Part shown: one piece after another, positions 18,448 to 28,500 of the stretch | Layout of the letters: every line of letters begins with the position of its first letter | Position numbering within the stretch: position 1 is the first letter of the stretch | NCBI GenBank assembly: GCA_023150835.1 | Contig: JAKLKB010000010.1 | Coordinates: 1-64,000 of the forward strand | Origin: Myxococcota bacterium | Lineage (GTDB): Bacteria > Myxococcota_C > UBA6777 | Length of the DNA: 64,000 bases | Direction: 5' to 3' | The notes under the pieces: generated by a model | Database searches by the model: none | Seen by the model: the letters and a program-made list of their open reading frames with translations, nothing else | Told to the model about the DNA's origin: nothing | Made by a program: the position numbers and the translations under genes

Positions 18448-19575
18448 CTAACGTCGTTTTTTGCGGCGCGGTTTTTTCTTGGCTTCGAGTTCTTTAGCGA
18501 GTTCTTTTTCTTTGAGTTCGGTGAGGTTTCGGATCTTCATGCGGACGTCCATCTTCATGCCCTCGTCGCCGATCTTGCGTTGGATAAAGTCTTTGAAGGT
18601 GTCAAGGGCCTTTTCGCGTTTTTCGGCGGCGTCACGTTCAAGAGAGGCTTTTTGGGCCTTGTCTTTTTCGGTGATGGCCTGAACGCGGCTTTTTTCATAC
18701 CAAAGGTCGTAGGCGAGACCTTGGTGAAAGAGTGCGCCGGCATCGTTGGGTTTGTTGGCGAGGATCTTTTGGGTGGTGTTGACGGCTTGTTCGAACTGGT
18801 GCTGTTTGATGAAAAGAAGCGCGAGCAGGTTGTAACTTTGTTCGTTGGCGGCTTGATTTTGGATGGCGGAGAGGAGGGCGGCTTCGGCCTTTGAGTAAAA
18901 GGGTTTGGCGGCTTCGGCGACGGGGACAAGGATGGTGCGAGGGGGTTCGGGTTCGCCTTTTTTCTTTTTCTTTTTTTTCTTTTTGTCGTCGTCCTCGGGG
19001 GGAGGGGTGGGATCGGGTGGAGGGGGTTCGTGTTCAGCGGCTTGATCGAGGTGGACGGAAGCGAGGCCGTTGTAGGCTTCGGTGTATTTGGGGTTGAGTT
19101 GAATGGCCTTTTGCATGGCTTCGGCGGCTTTGGGGAATTGGCGTGCGGATTGGTAGGTGAGGGCGAGTTCGTAGGCGTAGTTGGCGTCTTTTGGATTGAG
19201 TTCAAAGGCTTTTTCGTAGTGGGGGATGGCTTTTTGAAACTCTTTGTTTTTGACGTAGATCTTGGCGAGGTTGAGGTGAGCGCTTTTGTTGTTGGCTTCG
19301 AGGGAGATGCACTTGAGGTAGGATTGGATGGCTTCGGGCCACTCTTCGCTGGCTTGCTGTGCGCGCCCGAGCAGGTAGTGAGTGTGGGGATCGTAGGCGT
19401 AGAGTCGGACGGCTTGTTGGAGGAGGGTTTTGGCGTTGGTGTATTGCCCAGCGTTAATGCTTTCGACGGCTTCGTTGGCGATCCGTCGGGCGCGCCGTTG
19501 GTCCACTTTTTCGCAGCCGAGGCTGAGCCAAACGCTGCAAAGTAAGAGGAAAAGGGTGAGGCTTTTCGCGTACAT
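18448..19575 (-). CDS. TPR-repeat lipoprotein with an internal Pro/Asp/poly-Lys loop
   Basis: Lipobox LSLGC, multiple TPRs; last gene of the glt-like run. Confidence 0.85.
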   Translation of the reverse strand: MYAKSLTLFLLLCSVWLSLGCEKVDQRRARRIANEAVESINAGQYTNAKTLLQQAVRLYAYDPHTHYLLGRAQQASEEWPEAIQSYLKCISLEANNKSAHLNLAKIYVKNKEFQKAIPHYEKAFELNPKDANYAYELALTYQSARQFPKAAEAMQKAIQLNPKYTEAYNGLASVHLDQAAEHEPPPPDPTPPPEDDDKKKKKKKKKGEPEPPRTILVPVAEAAKPFYSKAEAALLSAIQNQAANEQSYNLLALLFIKQHQFEQAVNTTQKILANKPNDAGALFHQGLAYDLWYEKSRVQAITEKDKAQKASLERDAAEKREKALDTFKDFIQRKIGDEGMKMDVRMKIRNLTELKEKELAKELEAKKKPRRKKRR

Positions 19576-19660
19576 GGTATCTTTCCTTTGGAATGGATAA
19601 AACAAGGACGCGGAGATATCCGCGAGATATCGGGTTATCGGTGTGGTTGATGGGGTGGAA

Positions 19661-20275
19661 TCAGAAGTTGTAGGTTAGTGTGGGCATGAGGCCGATCCCA
19701 AGGCTAAGAACGCTGTCCGTGCCGGAGCTTTGGCCGAAGGTGATGGGGCGTAAGAGGCCGATGGCTTCGATGCCGACGGAGAGATGGCGTGCGCGAGTGT
19801 AGTAGCGCAAGCCAAGGCCGAGGTGAACGATCAAGCCGAGGTTGTTTTTGGTGTCGGGGAGGGAGAGGGAGACGCCTGCGCCGAGTTTGGCGTAGATGTA
19901 AAGTTGATCGAGGCGAACGAAGTGGATGGTTGCGCCGAGTTGAAAGAGAGAATCGCCGTTACCACCGCCTGCTTGGGGCTCTCCCGAGACGGCGGGTGCA
20001 AGGAAAGAGAGTTGGAGAGAAAAGATATCAGCGATATCGAATCCGATCTCGATACCACCGAGGGTTCCGACGAGGTTGGCTTGGGCTCCATTTTCGCGAG
20101 CGAGAGCAGAGGGTCGGAGAGCGAAGATATAAAGGCCGTAAGAGGCCGACATGAAGAAACCTTTTCGGACGTATGATTTGGGATCTTCTTCGAGGAATTG
20201 CGCGTTGGCGCGAGGGGTGAAGAGAGCGAAAAAGACGGAAAAGGCAAAGAGACCGAAGAGTATGCGCCGCAACAT
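19661..20275 (-). CDS. gltH: Outer-membrane beta-barrel protein, GltH/CglE-like
   Basis: Signal peptide (ANA), alternating beta-strands, RYYTRARHLSVGIE motif, C-terminal Phe; position directly after gltG. Confidence 0.65.
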   Translation of the reverse strand: MLRRILFGLFAFSVFFALFTPRANAQFLEEDPKSYVRKGFFMSASYGLYIFALRPSALARENGAQANLVGTLGGIEIGFDIADIFSLQLSFLAPAVSGEPQAGGGNGDSLFQLGATIHFVRLDQLYIYAKLGAGVSLSLPDTKNNLGLIVHLGLGLRYYTRARHLSVGIEAIGLLRPITFGQSSGTDSVLSLGIGLMPTLTYNF

Positions 20276-20427
20276 GATCTGTTCAGCTCCACGGATGTTC
20301 GGGGTCATCACAAAAGGCTGGTAGAAGCTAACACGAATCCTTGGTGTGTGCAATCTTCTTTTGCAGGTCGATGGGTCAGAGAGGAGAAAAGGTGAAGGCA
20401 AGAAAGAGGGCGCAAGATCGGGGGGGA

Positions 20428-23007
20428 TTAGGAGGGTTTAAAGAAGAAGGGATAGTTGACTTGGACGATACCGCCACCTTTGGGGGCAGGGAAGCGCATA
20501 TTTTTGACGCGCTGTGCGAGACATTCTTCGACGCGTTCGTTGTTCATGGTGGTTTCCTTGACGCTGGAGGTGGAGACCATCCCGTTGCCTTCGATTTGGA
20601 AGAAGACTTTGATCTTGCCTTGGAGTTTGGGGTATTTGTTGAGTTCTTTTTCGTAGCAGTATTTGATACGGCTGCGGTTGTTGTTGATTACGCGACGGAT
20701 GATCTCTTTGTCGAGCGAACCGAAGATAAGGGGCGGACCCGTCGAGACATCGACGCTTTGTTTACGCTTGCCTTTGAGGCGGCCTTGGCCCCAACCGCGT
20801 CCACCTTTACCGCCGCCACGTCCGTAGGTTCCGAGGTTTCCGACGCCTACGCCCAGTCCGCTTAAACCGCCACCGCCCATGCCACCGCCGCTTCGGACGC
20901 CGAGGCCGCCGTCACCCGAGGCATTACCGACTTTTCCACCGAGGAAGTTTCCGATCGCATCGGCATCATCGCCCCCAAAGCCTTTTGCGGAGAGGATCGC
21001 TCCATAAGAACTTTGGCCGCCGCCAAGAAGCCCGAGCATACCTTTTTGGCCGACTTTGTCGAGCAATTCTTTTTCGACTTGTTGCATATTGATCGGAGCT
21101 GTACCATCGGGGTTTTTCTCGATCTGGCCGGCTTTCTTTTGGATATTTTTGGGGATCTCGGTGGTTTTTTTGCCCATTTTGCCTTCGGTGTCTTTGGCAC
21201 GGGCGCCACCGCTTTCTTGTTTCTTTTTCTTTTCTTCTTCTTCTGGGGGTCGCACGATCAATTGGGCGAAGCGGTTGGGTTGTTTGAAGAAGCTGTCATC
21301 GAGGCCACGAGGAGCTTCGTCGGAAAGCAACATAAAGAGGACGGCAAGGCCGTGGAGCAAGAAGGATGCGCCCATCGCGCGGGCAAGAGCGAGATCGAGT
21401 TGGCTAAAGAGGCCGGGGACGATGCGTTTGGGGGCGGGAACAAAGCTGATCACGAAGTCAAGCTGCCCGAGGGTGAGGTTGACTTGGGATTGAGCAGGCA
21501 GGGCAAACTGGTGGCCGAAGTCGGTACGTTCGACTTTCGAGCTTTGTTTGATCTGCTCAAGCGTGAAGAGTTGATCCTTGATTTGGACCGTGCCTTCCAT
21601 TTGGGGGGTAAAGTTGACCATCAAGCGGTCACCTTTGGCCTCGATCAAGGTGAACGAGGTCATCTCGGCAGGAAGGGCGTCTGTGCTGAGCGAGAAGGTA
21701 TTTTTGCGAGATTCGCCGATGGTGATCTTTTTGGGGCTGTAGAAGTGAGCATGATCAAGGATGCGATCACCCCACATCACGCGAACTTCGAGGGCTTCTT
21801 GGGTATCGGCGTATTGGGCGTCCATGACGACGGGTTGTTGGGGGGCAGGGGCCGCGATGGAGGGTTGTGCAGCGATCGGAGCAAAGCCGCCCGTCGATTG
21901 GGGAGGATAGGGCGATTGTTGTGGAAAACCGCTCATGGGTTGGGCTTGTTGTGCATAGCCGCCGTAGGCTTGTGCGTTGGGGTCGTAGCCTTGGGGAGCG
22001 CCGTAGCCTTGGGGAGCGCCGTAGCCTTGGGGAGCGCCGTAGCCTTGGGGAGCGCCGTAGCCTTGGGGGGCTGAAAAGGCCTGTGCGTTGGGGTCGTAGC
22101 CTTGGGGAGCCGCGACTTGTGGGATTTGGCCATAGCTGGGTTGTTGTGAGGCGTAGGCTTGTGCGTTGGGATCGTAGCCTTGAGGAGCGCCGTAGCCTTG
22201 GGGAGCGCCGTAGCCTTGAGGTTCTTGGGTGTAGGCGACTTGGGGCTGTGCAGGTTCTTGGTACTGCATCGGGGCAGGGGCTTGGTAAGCGTGCGCTTGT
22301 TGTTCGGAAACTGCGGGAGATTGGGCCGTTGCTTCTTGGTATGCAGCTTCGCGCACCGCATAAGCAGCCGCAGCGTTGTGTTGGGATGTATCGGGTTCAG
22401 CGGTCTCTTGGGAGAGATCGGCCTCAAGGAGGGGATTGCGTGTGACGGAAGTGGACTCGAAGTTGGGTTCACCGCCAAGTCCAGCGAGAGGATTGTGGTG
22501 GTGTCCGAAATCGATGCCAGATGCCCCGACGTCTACACCAACGCTGCCGGTCATACCTGATGCGTCAGGTGTAAAGCCAACGTCTGCACCGAGGCTTGCG
22601 GGAGAGAACGCGGCTTCTGCGATAGGAGCGGGGGCTTCTGCTGCGGGGGCCGCACCTTTGACGTTGTAATTGCCGAGACGTGCTTGGCCGACGGCTTCTT
22701 CGCCGATGAAGATCTTGATGTTGGTATCGCCAAGGATCATCTCGTCGCCCGAGACGACTTTGGTTTTGTGGATGCGCTTGCCATTGACGCGGGTTCCTTT
22801 GGACGAACCCATGTCGATGACTTGGGCTTCGTCGTTGTCGAGGATCTCGATCACGGCGTGGATACGGTTGATGTGGGGGTCATCAAGGCGGAGGTTGACA
22901 GAGGCCAGCTTGCCGATCTTCACGATGCTTTCGTTGAATTCCTCGGTTCGCGGAGCTTGTCCTTCGCGTTCGATCAGGAGGAAAATTGGGGTTATGGGCT
23001 TTGCCAT
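20428..23007 (-). CDS. gltG: GltG/PglI-like protein: FHA domain, repeat linker, TM helix, TonB-C domain
   Basis: N-terminal FHA (IGK...RIHA...DMGS.KGT.VNG), TM SFLLHGLA, Gly-rich region, C-terminal GSLDKEIIRRVI...YCYE...FPAPKGGGIVQVNYPF. Confidence 0.88.
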   Translation of the reverse strand: MAKPITPIFLLIEREGQAPRTEEFNESIVKIGKLASVNLRLDDPHINRIHAVIEILDNDEAQVIDMGSSKGTRVNGKRIHKTKVVSGDEMILGDTNIKIFIGEEAVGQARLGNYNVKGAAPAAEAPAPIAEAAFSPASLGADVGFTPDASGMTGSVGVDVGASGIDFGHHHNPLAGLGGEPNFESTSVTRNPLLEADLSQETAEPDTSQHNAAAAYAVREAAYQEATAQSPAVSEQQAHAYQAPAPMQYQEPAQPQVAYTQEPQGYGAPQGYGAPQGYDPNAQAYASQQPSYGQIPQVAAPQGYDPNAQAFSAPQGYGAPQGYGAPQGYGAPQGYGAPQGYDPNAQAYGGYAQQAQPMSGFPQQSPYPPQSTGGFAPIAAQPSIAAPAPQQPVVMDAQYADTQEALEVRVMWGDRILDHAHFYSPKKITIGESRKNTFSLSTDALPAEMTSFTLIEAKGDRLMVNFTPQMEGTVQIKDQLFTLEQIKQSSKVERTDFGHQFALPAQSQVNLTLGQLDFVISFVPAPKRIVPGLFSQLDLALARAMGASFLLHGLAVLFMLLSDEAPRGLDDSFFKQPNRFAQLIVRPPEEEEKKKKQESGGARAKDTEGKMGKKTTEIPKNIQKKAGQIEKNPDGTAPINMQQVEKELLDKVGQKGMLGLLGGGQSSYGAILSAKGFGGDDADAIGNFLGGKVGNASGDGGLGVRSGGGMGGGGLSGLGVGVGNLGTYGRGGGKGGRGWGQGRLKGKRKQSVDVSTGPPLIFGSLDKEIIRRVINNNRSRIKYCYEKELNKYPKLQGKIKVFFQIEGNGMVSTSSVKETTMNNERVEECLAQRVKNMRFPAPKGGGIVQVNYPFFFKPS
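21960..22220 (-). repeat. Coding 18-bp repeats (GYGAPQ / GYDPNAQ) within gltG
   Basis: Repeated gtagccttggggagcgcc units. Confidence 0.85.
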
Positions 23008-23081
23008 CTGGGATCTCCCTTGGCTGTGTAGGAGAGGAGCGGAGGCGCTCGCAAGTGCGTTTGTGTTGTATTGCGTTTGTG

Positions 23082-23121
23082 TCGCGTTGTATCGCGTTGT
23101 ATCGCGTTGTATCGCGTTGTA
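23082..23121. repeat. 4 x 10-bp tandem repeat (tcgcgttgta) between gltF and gltG
   Basis: Read directly from the sequence. Confidence 0.9.
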
Positions 23122-23127
23122 TCGGGG

Positions 23128-23403
23128 TTATAGGTCGTTCACGGATTGGATGATCCGTTCACGAAAGTTTTGTCGGAGTTGGATCAAACGTTGAAACTTC
23201 ACGTTTTTTCGGGCTTCGATGTATTCGCCGTCAGGTTTGGTCAAGTCGCCCGAGATGGTGTCGCTGCTGAAGTCGTACACGGTCTTCTTTTGGTAGAAGC
23301 GACCGCCGACTTTGACAGAACTGTCTTGGGCTTGTGGAGAGGTGGGGAGCGTCAAAGTGCTGAGTGCTGCGCAGGAAAGCCCAATCAAAAGCCAACGTTT
23401 CAT
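23128..23403 (-). CDS. gltF: GltF/CglF-like small periplasmic protein
   Basis: Signal peptide; KKTVYDF..DTISGDLTKPDG...LI.LR.NF motif; AGGAG RBS. Confidence 0.88.
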   Translation of the reverse strand: MKRWLLIGLSCAALSTLTLPTSPQAQDSSVKVGGRFYQKKTVYDFSSDTISGDLTKPDGEYIEARKNVKFQRLIQLRQNFRERIIQSVNDL

Positions 23404-23456
23404 CGAAAACTCCTACTCCATCGGATGCCTCGAAGGAGGCCCTGTTGTCTGCATCT

Positions 23457-23879
23457 TCAAACTATCGTTGAGGATGGTTTGTGTGCGCGGGCTGGCGAAA
23501 AGATCCAAGGCGGTGCGCGGGGTGCGCGAGTAGAGAGAAGAGATTCGCACGGTCGCTGTTGGATCAAAGAATCCCTGACGCCAGCAAGGCGTACCTGCGC
23601 GATAGTAAACGATCTGATCGTCGATGTGGAGACTTTTTTTGTGGGGAAGCAGGGAAGTGGTTGAGAAGATCGCTCGATCTCCTCGATACAAGGGGCGATC
23701 GCGGTGGTTTGTTCGTCTGTGTTTGAGTCGGTCGTGGGGGTTGTCCACCAAGGCAAGGCACGAAAAACAAAGGCACGGGCAGTTTGGAGCTTTGAATGAA
23801 CAAAAGCACGCCATTGCACGCCGTCGAGCGAAAAGCTCCAAAGCCACCAAAGGGGCGAGATGTGCAAGGTGGTGTTCAT
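23457..23879 (-). CDS. Putative small ORF (140 aa) with a RAPP motif near the C-terminus
   Basis: Fills part of the 825-bp gltE-gltF gap; ATG with weak AGGA RBS; hydrophobic N-terminal patch; RAPRAPP 16 residues before the stop. Coding status unproven. Confidence 0.35.
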   Translation of the reverse strand: MNTTLHISPLWWLWSFSLDGVQWRAFVHSKLQTARAFVFRALPWWTTPTTDSNTDEQTTAIAPCIEEIERSSQPLPCFPTKKVSTSTIRSFTIAQVRLAGVRDSLIQQRPCESLLSTRAPRAPPWIFSPARAHKPSSTIV

Positions 23880-24045
23880 GTTGCGCGTTCCTGTGCGTTT
23901 GAAGATGGCCTGTGTGTCTAAGGTATTGAGATGGAGAAGCCCGCCGCGAAGCGTGCCAAATCGTTGAACTGGTGGGCTTAGACAAAGGGGGATCAGGGAA
24001 GTTCCCAAGCAAATCGTTTTTTGTTCGGCGAGGGCAAATGCAAGA

Positions 24046-24171
24046 GGTTCGGTTGGATGGATGGGAGATTCAGCTCGGTAGACAGGATGTTGGTTTGGAT
24101 GGACAGGAGATCCGAGCGAATTGACGCGAGGTTCAGTCGGATAGACAGAGGATTCGGTCGAATGGATGGGC
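24046..24171. repeat. Degenerate 6 x 21-bp tandem repeat
   Basis: Units ggttcggttggatggatggga, gattcagctcggtagacagga, tgttggtttggatggacagga, gatccgagcgaattgacgcga, ggttcagtcggatagacagag, gattcggtcgaatggatgggc. Confidence 0.6.
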
Positions 24172-24228
24172 AGATCTGAGGGGATATCGGGGCGAGAATC
24201 GTGTGGCGGGATCGGGAGTGGGTGGGGG

Positions 24229-25584
24229 TTAGCTTCTTGGGGCAGGCTTTGCGCCTTCGGGGTTTTTATCTTCGGGCTTGTCGTCTGATTTTTTATCGTC
24301 GGGCTTATCGGGATCGCCTTTGTCAGGTTCCAGCTTGTCGGTCGAAAGATCTTTGGGAACGTTTTTGTCGATGTTGTCTTTTGCGTCGGTTTTTCGTGGC
24401 GCTGGTTTTTGTTGTTTGGCGAGTTTTTCTTTTTCTTCGGCTTCTTGCATTTTGAGGCGATCTTGCGACTCTTTGAGGAGTTGATACGCAGCGTGTTTCT
24501 CGCCGATACGCGAGCCTTGTTCGCCGATGTAGCGTCGAAGGCTGGTCTCTGCAAGCTTTGGTTTGTTCATGAAGCGGAGGTGAAGAACGGCGAGGTTGAA
24601 AACGCTGGAGGCATGGCCGGGATAGTATTTGAGCAGTTGTTCTTGGTAGACTTTTTCGGCTTCTTCAAACTTGCGATTGGCGCGTAGCGCGAGGGCATAG
24701 CCAAGGAGTGCTTCTTGGCTTCTTGGGCGGAGTTTCACGGCTTGTTGGAGGGTTGTGAGGGCGCGGGAGTAGTCGTGATAACGCAGCGCGAGCAAGCCGA
24801 GGTTCATTTGTGCGGAAAACAGGTTGGGATCTTCTTTGGCGGCTTCTCCAAAGAAGTACATTGCTTCGGGCATTTTTTGCTCGTTCATAAACGCGAGCCC
24901 TCGGATATTAAAGAGGCGCGCATCTTTTTTCTTGGTTTTCTCGGCCAGTTGGTACACCAAATGAACGATCTTGTACTTCTTTTGCTTGAGGTAGACGCCA
25001 GCGATTACGCGGTAGGCTTCGACGTTTTCGGGGTCAAGAGCAAGAATGCCTTGCGCCGTTTTGAGGGCATCTTCGTATTGGTTGTTGGCGACTTGCAGCG
25101 AAGCGAGGTTGATCTGCATCTCTGCTTTTTTGGCGTTTTGTGGATCGAGCCGAAGGTAGCGGTAATAGGTGCGCAGGGCGTTGTCGTGTTGCTTTTGTCG
25201 GACATAGAGTTGGACAAGCCGATAGGTTGCTTCGGGGTTTTTCTCGTCATTTTGTAAGGCTTGGCCAAGTTGACGTGTGGCGCGGTTATATTGTCCTGTC
25301 TCTTCGTAGAGAGCGGCCAGATTGAAGTGCGCCGCAGCGAGAGAAGGTTTTTTCTCGATGGCTTGGCGGTAGAGTTTTTCGACTTGTGCGTGGTCAATAC
25401 TTCCTGAGCGTTTGCCTTCTTTGTGGATACCGACAGCTTCTTGGTAGATCTCTTCTGCTGTCTTTTCGACCACGACATCACGTTGAGGAGGCGGGTCATT
25501 TTTGACGACTTTGGTGGTGCAGCCGATCGATAGAAGCCATGCACAACCCAAGGGAAGCAAGAGGTGCTTTCGCATCGCGTTCAC
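24229..25584 (-). CDS. gltE: GltE/AglT-like TPR lipoprotein
   Basis: Lipobox LSIGC, many TPRs; start overlaps the gltD-like stop; lies between the gltD-like and gltF-like genes. Confidence 0.75.
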   Translation of the reverse strand: MNAMRKHLLLPLGCAWLLSIGCTTKVVKNDPPPQRDVVVEKTAEEIYQEAVGIHKEGKRSGSIDHAQVEKLYRQAIEKKPSLAAAHFNLAALYEETGQYNRATRQLGQALQNDEKNPEATYRLVQLYVRQKQHDNALRTYYRYLRLDPQNAKKAEMQINLASLQVANNQYEDALKTAQGILALDPENVEAYRVIAGVYLKQKKYKIVHLVYQLAEKTKKKDARLFNIRGLAFMNEQKMPEAMYFFGEAAKEDPNLFSAQMNLGLLALRYHDYSRALTTLQQAVKLRPRSQEALLGYALALRANRKFEEAEKVYQEQLLKYYPGHASSVFNLAVLHLRFMNKPKLAETSLRRYIGEQGSRIGEKHAAYQLLKESQDRLKMQEAEEKEKLAKQQKPAPRKTDAKDNIDKNVPKDLSTDKLEPDKGDPDKPDDKKSDDKPEDKNPEGAKPAPRS

Positions 25585-28500
25585 GGTCCACCTTCCTTCG
25601 TGCGCAAAGCAGCGTCATCCGCGACTTTTTTTCCTTTGGAGGGGGGCTCGCTCGGCGTTGGCGCTTGTTCCATCAGGGTGGAACTATAACGGAAGCCGCT
25701 GTCGGCCACCCCCGCAGAGGGGCGCTCTTCGATAAACTTGTGGTAGTCTTTGGGGCGGAGTTCTTGGAGGCGTCCGAGGGACTTAAAGGTCCATTCGTTG
25801 TAGACACTGGCATTGTGGGAGACCCGCAAGCTGCGCTGGTAGAATGTGACGGCTTGGGCTTCGTAAGGCGCGGATTGTTTGAGAAGTCCTTCTTCGTACT
25901 GCATCTTCAGTTTTTCAAGAAGGTTGGACATCAACTGTTTGCCTTGTGGGCCCCGAAGGAATCGTTTGGCAAGGGGGCGTCGGAACTTCCACGGAACTCC
26001 CCGAGATTTAAGGACTTCGATCAGTTTTTCCATGACGTTCTTTTCGGCTTCTTTGCGAAAATCGGGCGCGGCAGCACTGCCGATGAAGCGAGAATAGTCA
26101 AGGAAAAGCTCGCCGACCCGAAAGTAAGAGGCGATCCGCCAAGCGGGGTGCTTGTATTTTGCGACGACCTCGAACTTTTTGCTGGTTTTTTCCAAGGCTT
26201 TGAGTTTTTGTTGGAGAGTTTTCTTCATGGCATCTTGCGAGATGCCCGCTTTGAGTTGGATCTTGCGGTACTCAGCGAAGTCTTTTTCGGCATCCATAAA
26301 GCGGACATTGGCGGCAGCATCGATGGCATCGATGTTTTCTTTGTCTTTGTCAGGCAGGTTGTTGAAACGTCGAGGGATCAGCTCAAACTCTTTTTTGGCT
26401 TTGCTGACCAAGCGCTGGCGGTCATACACACGAGCGACTTCCATTTTGGCGTGAAGTCGTTGCCCAGCAGAGCCGTAGCCTTGTTTGGCGAATTCTTCCA
26501 TCATGTTGCGATAGCGGGAAAACTCGCCGTTGTCTTTGTGGTGTTGTGCGATCTTGAGGTAGATGGCGACAAAGGTCTTATCGTCTTTGCTTTTTTTGCG
26601 CTTTTTGATCAAAGTGATGCCAGTACGCATCAAGCGTGTGTAATGTGCCATCGCAGCGGCGTTATCACCCATGGCCTCGCGAAAGATTGCGGCTTGGATG
26701 ATGATGTCGTCGATCTTGGGATCTTTGGAATATTTGTTGGCGTATCGTTCGTAAAATGCGGCTGCACGGCTAAAATCTGCGCGACTCGCGTAGAGATCCG
26801 CAAGGCCAAGTACGGTATCTTTTTCAAATCGAGAACCCGGATATTTCTCCAACATCTCAAGGCGAAGGTTCAGCGCTCTTTCGGGTTCTTTGGCGTTGCC
26901 GTAGTGGATCGATGCGTTGAAGAGAGCCGTGGGACCGAGATTTTTGTTGTCAGGAAATTCACGAGCGATCTTCAAGAAACATTCTGCTGCGGGTGTGTAC
27001 TGTTTTTGCCGCACGATACTTTCGCAGATCTTCATCCCCGATCCGATGATCAAGTTACGCATCTCACCTTTGAATTTCCGATCGCCAAGATCGGGGACTT
27101 TGTAGAACTTCCATGCGGACTTGTTCAGTTTGTCCCATTCTTGTTGAAGCTGGTAGGTGTCGAGGATGAAGTGCGCGGAGAAGATCGCGTACTCGTGTTT
27201 GGGGTGTTTTTCGACAAGGAAGTAGAATTGGGGGAGGGCTTTGTCGAAGTGGTTGAAGTAGTAGTAAAGCAGCGCAGCTTTGTAGGAAACTTCGAGCGCA
27301 CGGTCGCCTTTGGCGTAGTATTTGATGTGATCTTCACAAGCATCAAGGAAGCTTTTGGCGATATCGGGCAGAGGTTTTTTCTCTTGAGCGCCTTTTTTCT
27401 CGGTGAGGTTTTCAGGATTGATCCGCTCTCGTTTCATCAATAAGTCGTACGCAAGGATGGTGTTGTATGAAGCATCAAAAGAGTATTTACCTTTTGGATT
27501 GCTTCGGTATACGAGGATGTAATTGTCTGCGGCTTCTTTGAATTGACGGGATTTGTACTGGATCTCGGCCAACCAAAAGCGCATCTCGTAGGCGTTGTCG
27601 TCTGTTGGGAAGACATCGAGGTAGATCTTGTAAAACTCACGGGCTTCGTCGAAAAAGTCCTGACGAAGGGTCTTTTGGGCTTCGTAGTGGCGATAACGAG
27701 CGTATTCGTTGAGTTGGGTTTTGACTTCGGAAACCGCTTCTTTGTATTGCTCGTCGTTGGCTTTGGTTTGGCTGAAAGACTTGACAAGACCGCCGAGTTT
27801 GGTGGCTTCGCGGATCGTGTCTGTTTTGGAGCGATCGGCGTCGACGGCGCGTGTGATGTAGAGCTGGTATTTGACGGTGATTGGATCGTCAGGTTGAAGG
27901 CGCATGAGTGTGTTGTAGATCGTGAGGATGGCGGCTGTTTTTCCTTGCGATCGATAGATACCACCAAGGTTTTGAAGCATACGAAGATAACTATCTTCGC
28001 CGCCGATCTCGCGGAATCGGCGCTCGGCGTCGGCAGCTTCGCCGACTTGGCTGTAGGCCAGTACCATGTCGCGGAGGGCTTCTTTGAGCAGGGCGAGGCG
28101 GCGACTGTTGCTACCTTTAAAGTTCTCGGCATCACGGGCATAGTTGATGACGGCGACGAACTTGTTGAGGGCGTCTTGGTAGCGGATCATGTTGTAATCG
28201 CACCACGCCACTTTATAGAGCGCAAAGCCGTAAATGCTGGTGTCGCGGAAGCGCAAGACCATCTCGTACTGTTGTTTGGCGTTTTTCACCTGCCCTTTTT
28301 CAAAGTAGTACTCTGCAAACGCGAGGTAGGCATTTGGAATAAAGGGACATTTGGGATAAGTTCGCGCAAATTTTTGGAGGAAGGGGCGGTAGACTCCCAA
28401 ACCTTTTTGGGTTTCGTTCATCTCGATCAGGTTTTTACCGAGGAAGAAGTAGGCCTCGCAAAGGCGTGGATAATCGGGATAATTGTTGATAATCTTGAAG

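Noticed and set aside
23413-24012. 199-aa ORF in the gltE-gltF gap
   Set aside because: TTG start without an RBS and no recognisable features; the overlapping RAPP-frame ORF is the better, though still weak, candidate
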